Virus record (IMG/VR): IMGVR_UViG_3300020045_001157
Coordinates: 1 to 31,007 of that record
DNA from: a virus
Lineage: Duplodnaviria > Caudoviricetes
Strand: one strand, 5' to 3'
Length of the DNA: 31,007 nt
Numbering within the stretch: position 1 is the stretch's first letter; every line of letters starts with the position of its first letter. This document shows positions 15,702 through 24,907 of this stretch, piece by piece. Position numbers and translations under genes: made by a program. Under the pieces are notes generated by a model. That model saw only the letters and a program-made list of their open reading frames with translations, did no database searches and was not told the DNA's origin.

Positions 15702-16171
15702 GAAAGTCATGCAAGCGCAAGCACTGGAATACATCGCCAGGTTTTAGCGCAGTCGATCATGCCATCAATGGTGCGTGCGTTATTGACGATAAATTGCTGC
15801 AAGATGTTCGAATCCGTGAACTGTCAGCCATTCAGTCAATGCAAGATCACACTGCTACAGAGCAGGACTTGTATGACATACTGGCACTTCACCAAATGAC
15901 TGTAGTCATGTCCGAGAATGGTATCGGTAAGTTTGAAGTCATGCCGGTATGCAATCAAGCTCGTACAGCCATTGCAAACCTAATTAGACGTTTTGAAAAG
16001 TGGGGAAAGTTTGACGCACGAGAAAGCGAAATTACCATTTTGCGCGAGCTTTGGGACTGGCATGACGCACAGCGTAAAAGCATACCACGCAGCAAATACG
16101 GCAAGTATTTGGACCTAGCTATTAGCAGGCAGAAAAACAAAAAGTCAGAATTTGGACTTTTGAATGCTTAG
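15698..16171 (+). CDS. hypothetical protein
   Basis: MRKSCKRKHW..., ATGA overlap at 15698. Confidence 0.75.
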   Translation: MRKSCKRKHWNTSPGFSAVDHAINGACVIDDKLLQDVRIRELSAIQSMQDHTATEQDLYDILALHQMTVVMSENGIGKFEVMPVCNQARTAIANLIRRFEKWGKFDARESEITILRELWDWHDAQRKSIPRSKYGKYLDLAISRQKNKKSEFGLLNA

Positions 16172-16631
16172 GTGCTTTAAGTGTGGAAAGCCTCTTAAAT
16201 CAGGCGGTAAGCACTTTTATTTATACGGCAAGGCCATTGGCCCAACTTGCTACGATGAACTGAAAAACAAGCCTCATAACTCACAAGCAGTTATCAACGA
16301 TCAACCAGACTTATTTAAGGAAACGAAAATGAAATTTGAAACACTAGAAGCACAAGTAATCGAATGGGCCAAGGCTCGCAAGATTATCCCAAACGCCACA
16401 AGCCAAACCCAGCTTTTGAAGACGGTTTCAGAACTTGGTGAACTAGCAGACGCACTAATAAAAGGCGACCGTGAAGGCGTAATTGATGGTCTTGGTGACG
16501 TATTGGTGACGCTGATTATCGTTGCTGAAAAGGAAGAGCTAGACTTGGTTGCTTGCTTGAATTCAGCTTACCAAGAGATCAAAGATCGAAAAGGCACTTT
16601 GATGCCTAATGGTTGTTTTGTGAAGGAATGA
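16164..16631 (+). CDS. MazG-like nucleotide pyrophosphohydrolase with an in-frame N-terminal zinc finger (second start at 16329)
   Basis: QLLKTVSELGELADAL...DGLGDVLVTL MazG pattern. TAAGGA precedes the internal ATG at 16329. Upstream CxxC...GPTC segment is in frame. Confidence 0.85.
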   Translation: MLRCFKCGKPLKSGGKHFYLYGKAIGPTCYDELKNKPHNSQAVINDQPDLFKETKMKFETLEAQVIEWAKARKIIPNATSQTQLLKTVSELGELADALIKGDREGVIDGLGDVLVTLIIVAEKEELDLVACLNSAYQEIKDRKGTLMPNGCFVKE

Positions 16632-16951
16632 TGATGACTGATCGTGAATTATTGGAACTGGCTGCTAAAGCTGCAAATATTGAATACCAACGGACAGATG
16701 ACGGTGAAGTTATCGAGTACTTTGGTGGAGGGCTTCAACTACCGTTTGACGGTGGAAAGTGGAATCCACTTACAGATGACGGTGATGCACTGAGGCTGGC
16801 GGTGAAGCTTGGTTTTGTTGTTGAAACTCCAAAATACACAGGCTTTGGCACTACATGCGGAAATCAGACCGTGTTTCTTGATGATCCACTTGAACAGACT
16901 CGCCATGCCATAGTTCGCTATTCTGCTGAAATCGGCAAGCAAATTCCATAA
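16628..16951 (+). CDS. hypothetical protein, paralog of 12918..13361
   Basis: Same three conserved blocks. The start is one of three tandem ATGs (16628/16631/16634). Confidence 0.85.
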   Translation: MMMTDRELLELAAKAANIEYQRTDDGEVIEYFGGGLQLPFDGGKWNPLTDDGDALRLAVKLGFVVETPKYTGFGTTCGNQTVFLDDPLEQTRHAIVRYSAEIGKQIP

Positions 16952-16952
16952 C

Positions 16953-16981
16953 AAAAAACCCGCGTAATGCGGGTTTATTTT
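16953..16981. terminator. bidirectional intrinsic terminator
   Basis: AAAAAACCCGC-GTAAT-GCGGGTTTATTTT between the convergent early and late arms. Confidence 0.9.
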
Positions 16982-17369
16982 ATTGTGCTGCTACACCTCT
17001 AGCTTTTTCATACGTTCGCAAAGCACCAAGGCCAAGCAATCCTAAAAGCACTGGCATCATTTCAGATACATCGGATTTTTGAAGTAAAACAGGATTTTTC
17101 AAAATTGTGCAAATTGTTGAAACAACAGATATCCCGATCCAATTCCAAGCGCACGCTATTCCGCATACCCAGCCGATAAAAGGACGCCAGCCAGATACGA
17201 AAACAGACGGGTTTGATGCCTCAATCTTGTTTACCTCTAGCTGACCTTGCACCAAAGTAACAGCCGCTGCTAATTGTTGCTTTTCGGCTTCTGATTTATC
17301 TGGCCAAATCTTACCTATGACGGTATTTGCAAGTTCAGAAACCGCGCCAAGTCCGGTAATATCAGCCAT
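16980..17369 (-). CDS. holin (3TM, gene-transfer-agent type)
   Basis: QLEVNKIEA..S.FVSGWRPFIGWVCG...LLGLGALRTYEK. Confidence 0.85.
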   Translation of the reverse strand: MADITGLGAVSELANTVIGKIWPDKSEAEKQQLAAAVTLVQGQLEVNKIEASNPSVFVSGWRPFIGWVCGIACAWNWIGISVVSTICTILKNPVLLQKSDVSEMMPVLLGLLGLGALRTYEKARGVAAQ

Positions 17370-17384
17370 TATGATTTCTCCATA

Positions 17385-17828
17385 TCATGCAGAACGCGTT
17401 GCGTTGTTTATTTCTATAGTCACAACCTTATCGTGAGAAATCGCTGACTTTACGAGTGATTTAACCAAAGAAACGGCAGGACGCGAAGTTCCCCCTACCA
17501 ATGTTGTTTCAGTTGCTTGCATACCAAGCAAAATGCATCCCTCGGTGTCGGCACTACTATTGCCTGCGTGCATCCTTATGTATAGAAAACCAGGAACGTT
17601 ATTCAGAGAAAGTGTATCAGGCCCGAATCGCATGGAATCCCCTAGTGTCACCCGGTATACTCCTGCCGGAATTGCGGTAGCTCCTTTTATTTTCCACTGG
17701 TTTACCGGCTTGCCTTCAATCTCGCGCACCTCGTCCTCCAAAGTGCAGCACACAAATACACCGTCTACAAATAGCTTTCCGATGGTAGATCCTCTATGCG
17801 AATCTCGACGTTGTAGTGTGAGCTTCAT
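17385..17828 (-). CDS. DUF5675-like protein, putative endolysin (L,D-transpeptidase-like)
   Basis: STIGKL...TLED...AIPAGVY...IRMHAGN...DTEGCILLG with a His/Cys pair. Adjacent to the holin. Confidence 0.8.
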   Translation of the reverse strand: MKLTLQRRDSHRGSTIGKLFVDGVFVCCTLEDEVREIEGKPVNQWKIKGATAIPAGVYRVTLGDSMRFGPDTLSLNNVPGFLYIRMHAGNSSADTEGCILLGMQATETTLVGGTSRPAVSLVKSLVKSAISHDKVVTIEINNATRSA

Positions 17829-17896
17829 GCATCACCATGCGTCAGATAACGCCACTCGTTTTGCATCCAGTGCAACATCACAATCCAGCACATCAT
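17825..17896 (-). CDS. 23-aa micro-ORF in the lysis cassette
   Basis: MMCWIVMLHWMQNEWRYLTHGDA. ATGA overlaps with both neighbours, GGAG upstream. Confidence 0.55.
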   Translation of the reverse strand: MMCWIVMLHWMQNEWRYLTHGDA

Positions 17897-18204
17897 TTGA
17901 TAACTCCATGTAATAAAGCAGCACCGACAACACCAATAACGCCAAGCATCCCCATGACAAGCCATCCAGCTTTTTCAATCAGTCCAGGCATTTTTACTTC
18001 AATTGATTGGATGCGAGCCTCATGGCCCTGCATTGTCTGAGCGCCTTCATTTAGCCTGATATTAATCACACTTTGACGTTCCTCAATACGCACCAGACTA
18101 TTCAAAGTCTCTACGATTGTGTCAAGTTTAGTTTCAACGCGGCCCATAGTTGAGTCAGTTGATTTTGCGTGGTGCTCTAGGGCAATAATTCGTGCTTCAC
18201 TCAT
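17893..18204 (-). CDS. coiled-coil protein with C-terminal TM helix (XhlA/holin-like)
   Basis: Heptad-rich N-terminus, hydrophobic WLVMGMLGVIGVVGAALL. First gene of the lysis cassette. Confidence 0.7.
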   Translation of the reverse strand: MSEARIIALEHHAKSTDSTMGRVETKLDTIVETLNSLVRIEERQSVINIRLNEGAQTMQGHEARIQSIEVKMPGLIEKAGWLVMGMLGVIGVVGAALLHGVIK

Positions 18205-18231
18205 TTTTACATTTATGTTTTAAATTAAAAA

Positions 18232-20046
18232 TCAAGCGCCTGGACGCCATGAAATACCGTCAAGGCTCACGTAATTTGTATTCAACGGAGCAGTTCCGTC
18301 ATTCAGGATGACTGTAGATGTGGCGCTATCAATGCCAACTAACGCCGTAGTACGAATGCCTGTGTTGAAATAAGCGATGTGTCTCTTATTTTGTGCTGGC
18401 TTTAGGTATGGAGGTAGCGTCACTATTGTGGCGCTAGGTGAAGCGCCCGCCTGAACTAGCCCTTGTAGCTCAACCTTGTATCCTTTTAATAGAACATCGA
18501 AAAAGCTATTGCTTCCGCCATTATTTGCCCATCCTGCATTCAGTGCTGGCGCATTTCGCCCCCACTTTGTAGTAACGCCTGACAATCTTTCGTCCCCGAT
18601 CTGAAGCAGTGCCGTGTCGTCGATGTAGTAGGCTGCGCCAGCAGATCTTATTTCTACTATGCCGATTCTGATATTTGCGGCCCCCATTGCGTATATGGCG
18701 CTATTGACAACATTTGTTGCCTGAATTGATCCGACTTGTAGTTGGCACTCTTGCGTCACTGCTGTGTTTTTCCAGTACAGCGCCTGGGTGACGTTGTTGG
18801 CTGTAAGGTGTCCGACATAGCAACGATGGAATTGGCCAACACTCGCAATAAATGCATAATCTGTGACGCTACCAAATCCATCAACCAATATTTCACCAAT
18901 TTGAATATCAGGTGCCGTCATTGCATCACTCGCCCCATTCAGGCATACGCCGTTGGTTTGACCGAATGCCTTGATCTTCCCAATTTGTACCGGCCCAGCA
19001 AATACCGCCGTTTCAGGATTAATCATAACACCGTAAGTTGTTTGCGCAGGGGTTGACCAAGGAGTTATAAGACCAGGAGGAAACCTACGCACATCTGCTG
19101 TGTCGATTGTGATATGACCACCCCAAGCATATGTATCTGATTTAATAATCAGACAATCAGCCCCGGCAGAATATCCCGTGATCGTCCCAACAGAAACATT
19201 GGTTGCTTTAATTACCGTAGCGTGTACGCCGTACATTCCGATTACGTTGTCAATCCTTCCGCCATCAAATCCCTCCATCAAAACGGCATGGCCCAGGCTT
19301 AGGCTATCTCGGCACAAGCCGATCACGTTTGATGCGTAAAAGTTTTTCTTGCCAACTAAAGGTGATGCCATATTAGGCTGTGCAAATGCAAACGCATCCC
19401 AAGTGCCACCCAGCGGATGGTTTGCCGAGTGCGTGTCAAGACCCCCGAAGTAAGTATCTACCGTGTACTTACCGAGGTCAAATCCGATGTCTTCTACAGA
19501 GAAGTTGTCGGCAAATGCGTTGAATCGTCCATAAATGACTGAGCCTCCATCAAGGCGATCAGCGTTGGCCGATAGATAAGGCATCTTGACGCCGCGAATC
19601 GTGACGTTTGCCGTACTCATATAGTTAGAGTCATACGTCCAATTGCCCGCAGGGAAACGGCCAACAGGGACGTTTACAACCCCGCCGTTAGTCCCCAGCG
19701 CTGCAATCGCATGGGCCAGCGTGTCATAGTCATCAAGCCAAACTTGTTTACGCAACTCGCCCTGCACTGTCGTTGCAATAGCACCAACGCCAGCAGGCGT
19801 ATAAGATACATAAGCAGCATCACCACCAGCCAAAGCGCCTGTAATGCTTTTATCTTCAGTTCCTTGACGAACCAAAAACAAGTCAGTATTATTTTTAACG
19901 GTAGCCACTGGCAAATCAGACAATGAAGCCTTGGTTGCAGCTAGTTTGCTGATAATAGTTGGCTCACTTGAAGCCAATGAAAGCAGCGCAGCATTTTGCG
20001 CAATTAGTGCGCGTGTTTGCGCTTCTTCTGTTGTAGTCAATGCCAT
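18232..20046 (-). CDS. tail fibre/spike (beta-helix receptor-binding protein)
   Basis: Follows the baseplate genes. N-terminal anchor, YTPAG.GA.AT.VQ linker, GGVVNVPVGRF beta-helix start, Gly/Asn-rich beta repeats, C-terminal VELQG...TLP..LKP domain. Confidence 0.85.
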   Translation of the reverse strand: MALTTTEEAQTRALIAQNAALLSLASSEPTIISKLAATKASLSDLPVATVKNNTDLFLVRQGTEDKSITGALAGGDAAYVSYTPAGVGAIATTVQGELRKQVWLDDYDTLAHAIAALGTNGGVVNVPVGRFPAGNWTYDSNYMSTANVTIRGVKMPYLSANADRLDGGSVIYGRFNAFADNFSVEDIGFDLGKYTVDTYFGGLDTHSANHPLGGTWDAFAFAQPNMASPLVGKKNFYASNVIGLCRDSLSLGHAVLMEGFDGGRIDNVIGMYGVHATVIKATNVSVGTITGYSAGADCLIIKSDTYAWGGHITIDTADVRRFPPGLITPWSTPAQTTYGVMINPETAVFAGPVQIGKIKAFGQTNGVCLNGASDAMTAPDIQIGEILVDGFGSVTDYAFIASVGQFHRCYVGHLTANNVTQALYWKNTAVTQECQLQVGSIQATNVVNSAIYAMGAANIRIGIVEIRSAGAAYYIDDTALLQIGDERLSGVTTKWGRNAPALNAGWANNGGSNSFFDVLLKGYKVELQGLVQAGASPSATIVTLPPYLKPAQNKRHIAYFNTGIRTTALVGIDSATSTVILNDGTAPLNTNYVSLDGISWRPGA

Positions 20047-20487
20047 TTAAATATCTCCAAATTGTCGAGAGTACCCGACTACTTTCACATTAGTACCGCC
20101 GATAATAGGCTGATTGCCGTCAATTGTACCCGTTCCAAGTGTCAATGTGGCGCTTGAAATAACCTTGAATTGTGGCGCTGCGTCAATAGCTTTATAACCA
20201 ATGGCGACCAAGTATTTATTTGAATCTGCAACGTCAAAAGCCTCAAGGCGAATCATGGCTTCGTCAGTCTTAAACAGACCTACTCCGCTTGCATCGCTAA
20301 CAACATCACGGTTAATGCTTTTAAATAATTTGTTGAATAACCAGTTAAGCCATTGGGCAGGTAATGGCTGACCGCGTGACGTAGCTGTGGCAGGAATAAA
20401 GCCTACCGACAAAATAGCGTCAGGTGGCATGTTTAAATTTTGCTGACCGTCAGAATATGAGGTAAAAGTTTCTGCAAATGTTGTCAT
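20047..20487 (-). CDS. tail fibre attachment/baseplate protein
   Basis: GFIP...GQPLPAQWLNWLFN pattern and position after the wedge genes. Confidence 0.7.
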   Translation of the reverse strand: MTTFAETFTSYSDGQQNLNMPPDAILSVGFIPATATSRGQPLPAQWLNWLFNKLFKSINRDVVSDASGVGLFKTDEAMIRLEAFDVADSNKYLVAIGYKAIDAAPQFKVISSATLTLGTGTIDGNQPIIGGTNVKVVGYSRQFGDI

Positions 20488-21206
20488 TGAAATACACCCG
20501 TAGTATGAAAACCAGTATCTAAAAACATATTGTCGATTGCCGAGCTAACGACAAGAATTGACCCGTTAACCTCGATCAACATTTCACCCGCTGTAATTTC
20601 AGCAGGAACAATTCCGCTAAGAGTTGCAATTGACAGTGCGAAGTTAGGAATATTTACAATCAAGTCTGAGCCATTAACGTCAAGGTAATTATCGTTGACG
20701 AATAAGTCAGACATGATAGATTCAGTGCCAAACCTAAATGGCTTTTCAGTGTAGCTAACCATCACTGGCACGTCAGATATTGCAGCCGGTGATAAGTCTT
20801 GAATATTTGATTGAATGACAGCAGGTACATTAGGACCGTTGGCAAACAAAATAGAAGTTGCCGGGTAAACCTCTAGGTATTGCTTGTCATCAGAATCAAC
20901 CAAGTATGCCAAGCCATTAATCAATGCGCTTGGCGTACCTTCTGAAATGTTGACGAACACTCTGAATTTAATTGCCTGACGATACGCGTCATCATCACGT
21001 CCTTGGCGAGTCTCACCAACGATATACCCGCATCCGTCCAACTGAGCACCAATGGCGGTATCAATCCAACGCTCAGTTTTAACGCTGTCAGAAGTGGCTT
21101 GTAATGAGTCCAATGGCCCAACAATGGCCGTCAGCAACGCTAGAACCTTTGGCGATTGCTCAAATTGGCTAGTGATACGTGATAGAGCGTCGCTTACGTA
21201 ACTCAT
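20484..21206 (-). CDS. baseplate wedge protein (DUF2612-like)
   Basis: IDTAIGAQLDGCGYIVG..R...DDDAYR, downstream of the J-like gene. Confidence 0.8.
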   Translation of the reverse strand: MSYVSDALSRITSQFEQSPKVLALLTAIVGPLDSLQATSDSVKTERWIDTAIGAQLDGCGYIVGETRQGRDDDAYRQAIKFRVFVNISEGTPSALINGLAYLVDSDDKQYLEVYPATSILFANGPNVPAVIQSNIQDLSPAAISDVPVMVSYTEKPFRFGTESIMSDLFVNDNYLDVNGSDLIVNIPNFALSIATLSGIVPAEITAGEMLIEVNGSILVVSSAIDNMFLDTGFHTTGVFQ

Positions 21207-22624
21207 ACACCGACCACTGAAACACGGTTAGTCACAAACTCAGAGATACCTGCTCGCCCAATGGCGATATTGTTTGTCGAGTAAGTCGGAACATCAGTAG
21301 GCAGCGCCGTAATAGCCGCCTCAACCGTGATCTGCCCTAGACCTGTAGTAGACGCGTAAATAGGACCAAAAAAGCGCTGCGGGATGATATCGTTACCAAC
21401 ACCAAGCGTATTGCCATAAGCAAGCACAGCCGCCATGATTGACGCCTGAACTGAACTAATCAAAGGCTCTTCAGTGTAGAGTTCATCAACCGATACACGA
21501 ATCCAAGCGTATTGAGTAATAGGGCGAGAAAACTTGATCGTTTGAGCATCGCCATTATCGTCAATCGCTTGGCCTGACGTAGTGCCGTAAGTCTCAATAC
21601 CAGCCGGTTTAAGCTCCCAGAGCTTATCAAGAATGTCCTGCGTAGAGCCGCCACTCACGACAGTCTCAAAACTATGTGATGGCATTGAATCAACCACGTC
21701 AGATGTGCGATTTTCGTAAATCTGAACGGCTGTAATTTCAGGAACATCAGACAACAACCGGGCGCGAATGGCTTTTACAGTGGCACTACCCGTGGCGCGA
21801 ATGCTAGTCGAATGGCGAGTGCGCAAATCAGCGTCAGACTCAACATCGCGGCCAGTCGTGCCAGCTACCAAGTTAGAAACCGAGTCCCACCCTAGAATTG
21901 GGCTATCAATGGCCGTTAATGCACCCGCAGGCAAAGCACTCGCACCAAGCTCAATAGCCGTAAAAACAGCAGGTGAACCCAGCTTTGTGATGGTCAAATT
22001 AGCGTCAAGCGTCAGAGGAAAATCAGAAACCTTATCAAAGCTATGCAAACGCAAAGTTGACCCGGTAACAGTCGCCGTGAAATTAAGCGGATTAAACGCC
22101 GATGCAAGGCCGTTAATGATCTCGTTAGCAGTTGCACTAGCATCACTAATGTATTGAGCCAATACGCCACCAGCAATGATCTGGTAAGCCACCGAGTTGA
22201 CGACTGTACCTACCTCAATTTCAACGTCAAGCGCGTTAGCCCGACTAATAACCGTGTCGGCAGTCGTGGCATATTGCACCGACCCAGCGCGAGTCATAAC
22301 ACCCGTAGGTAACAAGGTTGACTCAGCACCATAAACACACGCCGTTACAGTGGTTGACGTAGAGCCTAAGCGCTCCAAACCAACGAACGAAACAGCGCCA
22401 TCTAGGCTAGTCCCTTCAGCGCTGTACGGGTACATGCTGTCATAATTATCTTGCAGCGTCTCATAGGCATCATCCAGCGCAGCCGAAAAGATTCCAATGA
22501 TCTGACCAATGACGGAATCAGGCGATGTATTAACCGGGCCTAAAGCATCTGCAAACCGTTGGTCATAATCCGCCTTGATCTCGGTTAAGCGTGGGCGCTC
22601 AAACCCTGTTGTATTAAGTGGCAT
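21203..22624 (-). CDS. baseplate J-like wedge protein
   Basis: AEGTSLD, GRDVESDADLRTR, YENRT...PSHSFE.VV.GG, KPAGI.TYG. Confidence 0.9.
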   Translation of the reverse strand: MPLNTTGFERPRLTEIKADYDQRFADALGPVNTSPDSVIGQIIGIFSAALDDAYETLQDNYDSMYPYSAEGTSLDGAVSFVGLERLGSTSTTVTACVYGAESTLLPTGVMTRAGSVQYATTADTVISRANALDVEIEVGTVVNSVAYQIIAGGVLAQYISDASATANEIINGLASAFNPLNFTATVTGSTLRLHSFDKVSDFPLTLDANLTITKLGSPAVFTAIELGASALPAGALTAIDSPILGWDSVSNLVAGTTGRDVESDADLRTRHSTSIRATGSATVKAIRARLLSDVPEITAVQIYENRTSDVVDSMPSHSFETVVSGGSTQDILDKLWELKPAGIETYGTTSGQAIDDNGDAQTIKFSRPITQYAWIRVSVDELYTEEPLISSVQASIMAAVLAYGNTLGVGNDIIPQRFFGPIYASTTGLGQITVEAAITALPTDVPTYSTNNIAIGRAGISEFVTNRVSVVGV

Positions 22625-22683
22625 TTAATTCCTTTTAATCAAATACATAATTATTGTAATACTAGAATGAATGGGTTTTATTA

Positions 22684-24906
22684 TCATGCCGTAAAGTAAC
22701 AACCAGTTGAAAATGCTCCCAATGCTGAAATAGTTCCAGAATTAAGCGCTAGGTTAAGTGTTGCGCCGCCGCCTGTTTTGCTGAAATACGCCTTAGTAAG
22801 ACTTGGCGCTGCTGTTGCGCTAGCAAATAAATAACCTCCGGTTGATATAAGCGTCTCCCCGTTATTTGTCCCGGACATAGCTAGAGGCGCTGGCATACCA
22901 GATTCAAGCGTAATAACGAGTCCTGAATTAGTTATTCCAGCAACGGCGTAAAGCAGGCGGTAATCAAAAAACACAATGTTTCCAATGCGTTGCCAGCGGT
23001 ATTTGCCTGAAAGAGTTCCGCTGGGTGCAGTACCATTCCACACTATGTTTGCAGGAGTTACATTCCCGCCACCCGATCCAGTTCCATAGTCACCAACACG
23101 CAGCAGGGGTATGGTTCCATTAGTATCCTCAAAAGACACTCCACCTGAAGAGTCTCCATAGAAGCGGTTTCCTGTATAGACCCGAGTCCTGTCGTTGATA
23201 CTATTGCTCATTTTTCCGCTAAGCACATAACCCGGAATCGGGGCGTTTGCATCGATGATGATCTGGCTGTAGGTTGTCGTATTGGGTGATGCTCCGAGTA
23301 GCGACAAGTCATCCAGTTGCACCAGGCCTCCCTCGTATCCCGTGGCCCGTGGTCCAACCCGTAGAATAATCTCGTCATAGGCCGTGCGTATTGCCGCCGA
23401 CTCAATGTTAAATACAGAGGTTTGGTATACAGCATACAGCTTCTCCTCACCAATATACTGAGCATCAAAACTTCCTTGATAGTTGCCAGATGCCTGATCA
23501 ATCCACAAGGGGCATATAGAGAACCGATTAACGCCGACAGTCTGCTCGCTGTGAATCTTAGTGGCTGCAAAAGTAAGTTGATCTTGATTTTGAAGCACCA
23601 TACCAAGGCCTCGATGATTCTCGATCTGCAATCCATCGAAGCTATTATCACTTCCGCCCTGCCCCGCTGCCGCTCCAACGCTGTGAACATCAATGGCAGG
23701 GCAACCAAACTCAACCAGTGACACCGTAGTAACAGCAGCAGCAGACAATGTGACCTGTGTTGCAGAAATGTAGGCTGCAATTTTTGCTCGGTGCATCCTT
23801 GCGTCTGCGCCCGCTCCCTTGATGTAAACCGTCAATCCAACATCAGCAGAGCTGAAGCATGGAGCGTCTGCGGTCATCGTCGTGCTGGTAGCGGATATTG
23901 AAACCAACGGACAACCGAAGTAAATACTAAGAGGCGTGGAGTCGGTGTAGGATGTGCTTACCGTAACAACCGTGGGACTAGTGTACGCGGTGATCCGGGT
24001 CTTGCGTCGCAAGAAGTTTGGCGATGAACCCCACAGTGCGATCGTGTGTCCGACATCTGATGCGCTAAACAGTGATGATGAGGCAGTCAATGTTGTGCCA
24101 GCTTGAAGAGCCGTGATGCCGGTCGTTGTTTTGTAATCCCATGAGTGACCGCCACTGAACAGTGTGATATTCTCATTTCTGGTGTTCTGCGGAGCATAAA
24201 GCTCGATTGCCGTGTTGTTCCATGACCCAAAGATGATGTTAGAAATTCGGCTTTGTGATAGCGCGTTGCCACCAATACCAATAGGCGAACGGTGCGCTGA
24301 ATTGACTTTGGAAAACTCAAAGCCCTTGATGCTGACAGCTCGTTGGTATGCTGGAGAATTCGGGTTTCCAAATTTAAAAACGTACTTGTCGTGCCCCGAA
24401 AAATTGACCATAATCTTCGCCGTCTCAAACCCTGTGCCGCCAATGATTTCTCGGCGCTCACCACCTGTTGCGGAAAAATCAATTTCGTCTGTTACAAGGT
24501 ATTTACCCGGTGGGAATACTAAAGATAATGGATTAATGGATGAAACCGTGTTCAAATAATCAACTGCCAGTTGAATATACGCGGTGTCATCAGACACGCC
24601 ATCTCCCACAGCGCCGAAATCTTTGACGCTCACATTCTCCCGCAGCTTTGCCTGCACATTAGTGGCAACCGCTCCTGTTCCTGCTGGCATATAACCAACC
24701 AATGAAGCTCCGTCGGAATTAAAAACACCGCTTAAATCAGCGTCAATTTCAGCATTCTTCTCAGCTAGGAATTTTTGAATTGAAGGTACAGCAACGCCAG
24801 CCGTTGTGTTGTATCCGCTTGTCGCATTTCCATTGGCAAACTTATCAATTCGTTCATCATTTTCTTGAAAACGGACAACTGCCTGATCTAGTGATAATTT
24901 TGCCAT
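22684..24906 (-). CDS. tail spike / pectate-lyase-like depolymerase
   Basis: VSVKDFGAVGDGVSDDTAYIQ and LVFPPGKY beta-helix start. C-terminal YRWQRIGNIVF domain. Confidence 0.85.
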   Translation of the reverse strand: MAKLSLDQAVVRFQENDERIDKFANGNATSGYNTTAGVAVPSIQKFLAEKNAEIDADLSGVFNSDGASLVGYMPAGTGAVATNVQAKLRENVSVKDFGAVGDGVSDDTAYIQLAVDYLNTVSSINPLSLVFPPGKYLVTDEIDFSATGGERREIIGGTGFETAKIMVNFSGHDKYVFKFGNPNSPAYQRAVSIKGFEFSKVNSAHRSPIGIGGNALSQSRISNIIFGSWNNTAIELYAPQNTRNENITLFSGGHSWDYKTTTGITALQAGTTLTASSSLFSASDVGHTIALWGSSPNFLRRKTRITAYTSPTVVTVSTSYTDSTPLSIYFGCPLVSISATSTTMTADAPCFSSADVGLTVYIKGAGADARMHRAKIAAYISATQVTLSAAAVTTVSLVEFGCPAIDVHSVGAAAGQGGSDNSFDGLQIENHRGLGMVLQNQDQLTFAATKIHSEQTVGVNRFSICPLWIDQASGNYQGSFDAQYIGEEKLYAVYQTSVFNIESAAIRTAYDEIILRVGPRATGYEGGLVQLDDLSLLGASPNTTTYSQIIIDANAPIPGYVLSGKMSNSINDRTRVYTGNRFYGDSSGGVSFEDTNGTIPLLRVGDYGTGSGGGNVTPANIVWNGTAPSGTLSGKYRWQRIGNIVFFDYRLLYAVAGITNSGLVITLESGMPAPLAMSGTNNGETLISTGGYLFASATAAPSLTKAYFSKTGGGATLNLALNSGTISALGAFSTGCYFTA

Positions 24907-24907
24907 T

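Noticed and set aside
2166-16954. Minus-strand and nested ORFs in the early arm (e.g. 2166, 4154, 8729, 11759, 14223, 11951)
   Set aside because: Shadow frames of well-supported, translationally coupled + strand genes
18232-24906. Diversity-generating retroelement or invertase-based fibre switching
   Set aside because: No reverse transcriptase, no template/variable repeat pair, no invertase, and both spike genes have the same orientation
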